The position numbers and the translations under genes are program-made. The notes under the pieces are model-generated. The model was not told the origin of the DNA. It did no database searches and saw only the letters and a program-made list of their open reading frames with translations. 64,000 nt of DNA, taken from NCBI GenBank assembly GCA_951406725.2, contig OX597815.1, positions 103,292,001-103,356,000 on the forward strand, in the 5' to 3' direction. Origin of the DNA: Octopus vulgaris (lineage: Eukaryota). Shown one piece after another: positions 55,541 to 64,000 of the stretch (positions are counted from its first letter, which is position 1; every line of letters begins with the position of its first letter).

Positions 55541-56633
55541 ACTCAGTAATGCAGCTCTCATTGCTCCTTTGTTTTTTTCTTAGTTTTGCTTTATTTGGGC
55601 GCTAGCACTAAAAGATATGCCCTTCTGAAGAGATGTAAGTTTTTATGACGCTCAGAATTACATGGTTTATATGCAGCGTTATTGCAATGAAAATGCACAA
55701 CGAAAGTCATTCTATTGATTCTTTCCTTCTTTTCCATTCATTGTAATAATGTCCAATGCTACGTGAAATAGCACGTAAATACTTTGTATATTAGTGTTTT
55801 TTGTTTTTTTTCTATACTTCATTTTGTTTACCTATAAATTTGTTTATCATTTTAAAATTTGAATAATTGTTACCTCTTTTCAGATATATGATAGTAATGA
55901 TGATGCCAGTTAGAGAAGCGAATTTATCTGACAACCCAATATTTTCGGCATATGCGGCTTTCATGATGATTGTAGACAGAACTTAAATGCTATAGTAATT
56001 ACTTTTGATCATGCCTCTGATTATATATATTGGTACAGTTTTGTTATATTTACAATGTTTATGTCAGCATTTGAAAGAAATAAAAGAAATTAACTCATTA
56101 TCGCAAAAGAATCATACGAAACGACTCTACCATGTAATACCAGTTGACATTAGGCATATATTTACGACACCAATGAGGAAAATATAGACTACATAACACA
56201 CACACATACACACACATACACATGAAAATATGCCGTAATTAAATAGGAGAATTAAAATTATACTTTAAATACAGTCAAAACAAGGAATTAAACTTAAAAA
56301 TAATTTTAACAACCGTATTCTTATAGCAAATGAATTTTGTCCATAGGCATATAAGTAAAAAAAACACAAAGTTATGATTAATCCGATTATATCATAATTA
56401 TGAATGAATAATTTATATGTATTCAATGGTAGAACTCTCGTTATCTAAAGTATTTACATAAATATAAATAATAAAGCAGCCACAAGCAATCTGATATAAA
56501 CGCACATTTCTAAACACAGGAAACAAACTCCATTGTAATTAATCCAATAAAATAGCTCCAGTTACATGACACCTGTATATCTCTTCAAATATGTATATAT
56601 ATATGTATATATATATATATGTATATATATATC

Positions 56634-57367
56634 GCTTCGGCTGGCATAAAGACGCGTTCCCATCGCGCCATCTGAAGAATACGGTTTTTTAGCTATGATG
56701 TAATGTACTCACTCATCAACTAACAAAAATGCGTCAGAAACAGTTGTATTGAACTGACATTTATCCATCAGCTGTTATTTTTCCTATGTATATATATAGC
56801 CTGGGCTTCCGATGCCCACATCTCTTCAATATCCTCCCGAAGAACCTAAGAGACCTGCATGGGGTGGATGCAGATGTCTTTAAAATGAAACTGGATCTCT
56901 TCTTGTCAGGTATCCCAGATGAACCAACTTCACGGCAGGAGGTGCAGATGAGGGCAGCTGCATCGAACTCTCTCATGCACCAAATGGCAGTTGCTAAAAA
57001 GCATTCGTGAAGTAAAACCATGTAGCAACACCAAACGGCGGTGCCCCTGCATGGCCACACCTCGTGAGCTGAAACTAGAATCAATCAATCAATCAATCAA
57101 TCATATGTGTGTGTGTGTGTGTGTATGTGTGTGTGTGTGCATGTGTGAGCGTGCGTGTGTGTATGTATATACATAGAAAAAATAACAGATGATGGATAAA
57201 TGTCAATTCATTACAACTGTTTCTTACACATTTTTGTTATTTGATGAGTGAGTGAGTACATTACATCATAGTTAAAAAACCGTATTCTTCAGATGATCCA
57301 TATAATTTCAAAACAATGGAAGAACACTCTATGTGCGATGGGAACGCATCCTTATGCCAGCCGAAGC
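56634..57367. repeat. Inverted duplication of a PLE terminus (arms 56634-56797 and 57165-57367)
   Basis: gcttcggctggcataaagacgcgttcccatcgc ... gcgatgggaacgcatccttatgccagccgaagc; the right arm has an extra ~35 bp. Confidence 0.9.
56798..57102 (+). mobile_element. CR1-like LINE 3' end with (AATC)n tail
   Basis: SLGFRCPHLFNILPKNLRDLHGVDADVFKMKLDLFLSGIPDEP..RAAASNSL; tail aatcaatcaatc. Confidence 0.85.
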
Positions 57368-60190
57368 TGGCCGTGAACGAAAAAGAGAAGAATCATTAAA
57401 GAGGTGGAATTGTATTAGGAATTTAGTAAGTGAGCGGGGTGAGATGAGATTTATGGCTACCAACCTTGCTAGTGGTCGGTGAGGATGTAAGTTGAAGACA
57501 ATTTAGTGGTTCATTATGAACAACTATAGATGAAGTGTAGGTAATAATATATGTTTTTTTTAATGTTTTACTGTTATTCGTTTTATCACCCTAGGGTTAT
57601 ATAGATGAATAGCTAGATGTGAAGTCGAGACAAAGGAAATAGAAGCAATTAAGTACAGATATGGGGGAAACATATCCTTGTTAAAGATTAATTTCGAAGA
57701 GACCCGGGGAGAGATATCGTTCAGAATTTAGAGTAGACCAGAAGATGGTGGTTATGGAGGGAGGGTGATTTGAACTTAGATGATTAGGTCTAATAATTGT
57801 AGAATGGTAGTATCTTGTGCAAATGTTTTTCTCCTGGAAATGAATATAAGCTAGGAGGTTAAATATAAATACAAATGCAATATAGGTGATATACAAATAT
57901 GTTTGTGAGAAGAAGCGACATGTACTTGAAATGGAATTGTTCTTATTAAATTTATATGTATTGTGTACGGAAGAAAACGGGTAGTATTATTAGAGATCGA
58001 ATAATAGAAAATACGGAAAGTATATCACCTAATAACAGAACAAAGACAGAGTACCAGATGACATATTGTAGTAAGCTACGAGGTATCTAGTTCTCTATTA
58101 GTTAACTTTTTAGTTTGTTTAATGGTTGCCGCAAATGTTATTAGTTAACGTAAATGTGTACATAGCTATTATGTACGTTAAAAGCAGTTGTATATACCAC
58201 GAGCACAATAGTCATTGGTAAATTGGTTCAGATTATATGTTGCTTCTTTATCATGTGCTACACAAATCATAGTTACTCGGTATAACGGTTACATCCGGAT
58301 AGAACTTAGTTGAAAGAGGGAAATCTCGCTGGAATATATAGGCTACAATTTTATAGTTTAGATACGATCAGATATCGCAAATCGATAATACTAGGTAAGA
58401 CTAATTATAAGATTCGGTCCTTCATTTATCATATACTATACAAATAATGTTATCAGGGTATAAAGCGTAATTAGGGATGGAATTAGCTAGAGACTGAGAA
58501 CAGAGAACACCCATTGACGGGTCATGGAAATCATTGAGCCTTCAGGGTTTTGTATGAGAAAAGGTTGTTTTACCATTAGCTACAAACTAAATACAGGTTA
58601 TGAGTTGCTTTTAAAATATTATGGATACATGAAAAATTGTGGTCCAATTTGTTATTAATTAAATTTTCAGTTTATTCGCTTTAAAATTTCGTACACCTCC
58701 ACACAGCATAGTCTATATTTGTATCTACTGCTAGAGTATGGTTTTGTGACCCTAATTATATCTCATTTCAAATAAAATCTAATGCCAACATCTTTGAGTT
58801 CCCAGATCTTCGTGGCTAAAGAAGTTCTGCCAGCCCTATGTCTTAATTTGAAGGGTGATAAATGGTTGCGTAAGCGCTGCTTCAGATTTACATAAGTATT
58901 CGTGGCAGTGGCCACATTATATCTGTAAACTACATTTTTGGCCATAAAATGACAGGAAATCGGAATGTGCTTTTCATCCAAACACTTATATCCTTTTTTG
59001 TTATTACGAGCCGGCCTTCCTGTAACACTATATCCTATGAGTTCGAGGGTCTGAGAGTTATCAATGTTCATGTAACTACTACTAGGGTTAATGAGACTGT
59101 TATTAACGCACATCATTACTATTACTTGCTGAATGGAGGACTGGCGATTATTATCAGGTTCATAAAGGATTATGTCAGTATATTCCGTAATAGATGGGTT
59201 GGAGACTGGTGATATATTGGCTTCCGGCACTACTATTAGTGCTTTTGTTCATTTACCTTATCTATAGCAGGAGGTGACATTATTACTTTCAATTCAGGCT
59301 AGTGGAAGGAAGGTGAGGGTGGAAGAGTGTGACAGATTGAGAAAGTCGGCTTCTGTCTGAATCATTAGTACTGCTAATATCTGTTCAGTAGGCATATTAG
59401 TATGTTTAGCATAAGTGTCAATTAAGTTGGTTTAGTCGTTAGGGTATTCGGCTCACGATTGTAGGGTCACGATTGCAGAGTTCGATTCACGGCGGCATGT
59501 TTTGTGTCCTTGAGCACTCAGCTAACCAAAATGAGTACTACCTATATTTCAAAGAGCCAGCTTTGTCACGCTGAATCTGCATCAAACTATGTGAAGGGGT
59601 ACGCGTGTTTGTGGAGTGCTCAGCCAATTGCACGTTAATCTCACGAGCAAGCTTTTCCGTTGGTCGGATCAACTGGAACCGTGGTCGTTGTAAGCGACGG
59701 AGTGCCAGTCAATTAAGTTGGTAGTGTTATTACAATTATTATTATTGTTGATATCATTAGTTGGTGCAGTGCTATTACGGATATTATTACCAATGCTCCG
59801 GCTCATAGTTATGTATTTTTTCTTTAGGCCAGCTATAATGGTATCTAGATTAGGACGGGTTAAATAGGAAATCTTAACAGGAGAACAAACAATCATATTT
59901 ATGCGACGGAAGGAAGTTCTTTGATATACTAAATAATTTACTGCATAATTTAGTACATATTACGTAATTGAAAGGCGAATTATACCATATTACGTCCCCA
60001 CGATGCTAAGCTTTACCAACTAGAAATAGCCAGCCAAATTATTTCCAATTAGATCGTAAGGCTGGATTCCAAGAACCAGATGAAGGTCAGATAATCAATC
60101 CTGGAATCATCGTGATTTCGAAAAGATATAATATGTCTATGTAGGGCAAATGTTGACGGAGATTCAGGGATCCCAGACTGACAGAATTTC
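57165..60190 (-). mobile_element. Decayed Penelope-like element (RT end, GIY-YIG, long 3' region)
   Basis: VKISYLTRPNLDTII; NVVYRYNV...LKQRLRNHLSPFKL...TSLATKIWELKD..*DIIRVTKPY...RLCCVEVYEI...CIH. Confidence 0.8.
59425..59712 (+). mobile_element. tRNA-derived SINE (family E) inserted in the PLE
   Basis: tggtttagtcgttagggtattcggctcacgat...gagttcgattc...gtgtccttgagca; GC-richer body. Confidence 0.75.
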
Positions 60191-60278
60191 GTTTTTATTA
60201 CAATATATATATATATATATACAGTAATAGATCGATAGACAGATACAGAGATTTGTATATATGTATATCTATTTGTCG

Positions 60279-60332
<54 letters not shown>

Positions 60333-60449
60333 GCAAACACATACGTACTGTTAGAGATGTGTGTCTGTGTTTTTGTGTGTGCGCGTGCGTGTATATTCGG
60401 CTTCCTGTAGTGTGATATCTCTGTGCATGTACATTAGGTCATTCTAGTT

Positions 60450-63400
60450 AATACGTAGAGACTCAGATATCAGAGATAATTGTGCGATAATTGCTTGGAT
60501 ATCTTTTCAGCGACGACACGGAAACCAAGTGTCTCCTAATCAAAATATTATCCCGAAGTCAATAATTTATCACAAATAGCCATTGGATTGAATTCGATTG
60601 ATAATCGTCTTGATTATATCTATTTCGATGACTTTTCTATTTGATAAATTTTCGTTTCGTCTTACCTATTGCATTCTTTGTATCGATACAGATCGAAACA
60701 TATCTGGAATAGGAAAGATTTTTTTTTCCGTTTTTCATATCTTGAATCTGAATTTTGACGGGCACAGTGAAATGTATGGTAGTCATGTTATAGTTAAGAA
60801 CTGATATTTTCTTTACATATTCTGTTTTTTTTAGTATGCAAGGACAACAGTACATTTGATTATTCCATTTTATAGATGCTCTCATACTTACTGGTATACT
60901 CTCCACTTTCTATATATGTTTTCTCTTTTTTTATTATGTGCGAGCCGAATTTTGCATCAAAGTCACTATATACTCATATGTGTGACAGAATTTCGTTATG
61001 ATGGCTTTGTGATAACGCCAGGTGTAGAAGTATTGATTATGAAATACTGCTATCAACACTTCAAATTCTATTTTGAATTATCTGCAAGCCAACAACAGTT
61101 GGATGCTGGCAATATCACAATGAAAAGCATTAATCTTTGTTGGCTGTTTTCCATCAAGTAGTTTATTTATCACCCGTTTTCCAGATCACTGTATACTATT
61201 TCTTATAAATTTTAGTTGTTGGTGTGAGGCTTTCTATGATCTTTGTATATTCATTTTGTGGTGCATTTTTCACTTTTATTACGGCTCAAATTCATTTTTT
61301 TCTTTGCAAGCTCATGTTCTTTGTTCATTGTTGTATAAAAATTACAGCAGATTTAGAAATCCATGTTGAATATTTGCTTTCTTATAGAGTATCTTCCCGC
61401 CCAATTTTGAATTGTTCGTAATAAGTCTTGGTTGTATTTTATTTATGTTATGCTGTTGCAATTCTTGTTCGACTAAAATTTTCATGTACGATCTTTGGTA
61501 CAACTGCTTCAAGATCTTTTCCTGTTCTGAATTACGCGTCATTTCTTTGTAAATGAAACTTTATTTTACATATTTATTTGCATACTTATTACACAGTTAT
61601 TTACTATTTACAGAAGCATTCCCGTGTTTAACCTCTGGCAATATTTGCAATCCAATTCTGCTGTTTTGCAATTAATTGTACTTGTGCCAATACGTTCCCT
61701 TCCAAATCTCTTTATATACGAAACCCATGTTCAACTTACTTGAAGCACACGTTCCGTATATCGACAAAAATATTCTAATCTAGGTTTTAGATTTTTACAT
61801 TCTTACTAACCCATAAATACTGACATTGTTTAAAATTTGTATCTGTGTTTAGTTCGATTCGTAGAACAAATTTAAATACAATACTTTTGTGTTTTATTGT
61901 TTATGTTAAATTTTACTTCTAACAATTACATATATCTGTTTGTTCCTTTTTTCTTGTTTCTTGTTTCAAACATTTCTTAATAAAAATTATTTGCCTCTTT
62001 TTATAGTTTAACCTGTGGCTTTGGTACATTTTTACATTTTCTTATCTTAAATATATTAATATCTACGCTATATTTTATTTTATTTTTTTTATAATTTAAT
62101 ACATCCATCTGGAATATGATTCTATTGTGTATCGCTTACATTTTATTCTATTTTCTCCTAATACTTTCTTCCATTTTTCTCTCTTGTGCTTGATGAATCT
62201 CACCATTCTTGACAATTTCTTAGTAGATGCCTATAAGTTTCATAATTCTGTCATGAGATACAATGTAAAAATTATTTCCTACGATATACATACATTACCA
62301 ATGTATCTGATTTTCTCTTCGTACACTATTTGAGAGCTATTCTGTTAACCAGTAATTGGTCCATGCATACATAGGTTTTGGTTTACCTCCACCATCTGCA
62401 CAACTAAAAGCAAAGGATTTGATAATAGATAAATTTAAATTGCTCATTATCTATGTCCTTCCAACGCTTTCGATTCTGAGTTTAAATCCGGCGTTGCCTT
62501 TCATCTTTAAAGGTCGAGAAAATAAAGCACCTCTCAAGTGCAAATCCTCATCTCTTTAAATTTGCTGGTCTTGTTTGTGCCAAAATTGAAACAATTTTTT
62601 ATATTGTTGGAAACTAGGGATGGAATTATAATTCCCAGTTTTACCTGATTTATTTCACGTTGGTACATATATTATAAATTTGGTGTATTTTTTATATTGT
62701 CGATGTTTAACTCTGTGTCATCTCTGAACAGACGTACAAATAACAGCATTTCAATCGTTACCATCATGTAATAATTGGTATGTTCTTTGAAAATGTTATC
62801 TAGAATGGCCTTCGTCGTTTTAAGACATTAGGGGTAAAAGTGACAGATAGATATTTGTAGCATACCGAAAGACCGACTATAAGCACTTTAAGTACCTCGT
62901 CATTTCTGTTTAAACATTTCTGTAAAATCCTAAGACGGGAACGTCCGGCAAAATACTCAGCGGAATATCTTCCGTCTTCACATTCCATGGTGAACGACTC
63001 TTGTTTACATTATACTAGCAGTATCGCCCGGCGTTGCTCGGGTTTGTAAGGGAAATAACTATAAAGCATTTTTAGAGAGTTATAGCCAAAAAACAGCAAA
63101 AAATGCATTAAAAATGGAAAAAAAAATTATGGTAATTTTTTTTTAAAATTGTTGACTCATCGTAGGAGTAGTTAGGAATCTAAATCGTAGGAGACAGACA
63201 CTCACACAACTTCACTTTTATATATATAGATAACATGATAAAATAGGAACCTTTTGAGCACTTGTGTCGATTTAATCGATTTAACTTGTCCCACAGAATG
63301 GCAGGCCTTGTGCCAAAATTTTAAGCCTAATATTTCAGTTAAATTCTCAGGCAGTTTTATTTCGAAATATTTTTAGGTTGTCTCTAATGTCCACGTTTCT

Positions 63401-63990
63401 TTTCTCTTTAGGAAACTTGATGTTTTTTATTTTATATATATTAATCAATTCTGTTGTTTTACTAAAGTTTTTTATTACTGTTTAATTGATCTAGTCAATA
63501 TCGTGCGTTGTCTTCTGTATATATTATTCACTTTCTCCTATATTTCATTTTATACATTTATTTGTGAAATTCTATTTGTAATTTAATATATACTTCCCGT
63601 TGAAAGATTTTTTTTCTATTTTCAACAGCATTTTCATATCATATATACTGTTAATATTTTGTTCCCAAACATTTGATGAGAATTAGATAATTTAGAAATA
63701 CCCTTTCTTTCTTAATGTCGTGTAGTTTTTAAATCTTCTATTAATACATTTTAGAAATGTTATTAATTTCTTAATTGTACATTTTATAATGTTAATATCA
63801 TATTTCTGCTAATATTGACAACTCCTTTCAGTTCTAACAAATCTATTTATGGATATTTGTTTCTCGGAGTTGCCCACAATTCTCCTCCTTATATTCTTCA
63901 TTGGAATTATTCTGTTCTAACAGTTTGTGTAATACATCGCATATGTAATTCATATACGTATATCTAGTACTTCATACCGGACGGGGCGAA
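60450..63990 (-). mobile_element. Heavily decayed Gypsy-like LTR retroelement: RNaseH, integrase, possible env-like ORF
   Basis: Remnants in Gypsy order on the minus strand: KNYTTL, FGNK..VY, YKMKYRR (RH/tether, 63.5-63.75 kb); YFAG..VLIV..YKY, TKAILDNIFKEH (integrase core, 62.75-62.97 kb); KPKPMY.HGP..VSHDRIMK (GPY/F-like, 62.25-62.39 kb); Cys-patterned region at 60.5-61.9 kb. Confidence 0.45.
63011..63231 (+). mobile_element. Non-autonomous Helentron/HINE (DINE-1/Lep1-like) element
   Basis: Begins tatactagcagtatcgcccggcgttgctcgggt (small hairpin); ends gacagacactcacacaacttcacttttatatatatagat. Confidence 0.7.
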
Positions 63991-64000
63991 TTTGTAGACT

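Overview
AT-rich, microsatellite-saturated eukaryotic DNA, most likely intronic or intergenic sequence from an octopus (coleoid cephalopod). This is inferred from the (TA)n/(TG)n/(TATC)n/(TAA)n load and recurrent tRNA-derived SINE families I recall from Octopus genomes. No confident host gene was found; there is one candidate minus-strand exon at about 7.0-7.15 kb. Most ORFs in the track are microsatellite artefacts. The window is a transposon graveyard: a decayed CMC-Chapaev3 transposon, R4/Dong-type RLE LINE pieces (including a tandem dimer in a TAA tract), RTE, CR1-like and Tx1/L1-like LINE pieces, several Penelope-like elements (PLEs) with hammerhead-ribozyme-like termini, a MULE end, a Helentron/HINE-like element and at least four SINE families. 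Highlights: (1) a 1.7-kb ORF1-only non-autonomous LINE with a 16-bp TSD inserted between the A and B boxes of a SINE; (2) minimal hammerhead motifs, including a three-copy family with a non-canonical CUGU-N-GA core; (3) six fold-back palindromes of about 170-730 bp at microsatellites; (4) a heavily decayed Gypsy-like pol (RNaseH-integrase) followed by a Cys-patterned, possibly viral-glycoprotein-like region. All calls come from manual reading and translation without database searches, and boundaries are approximate.
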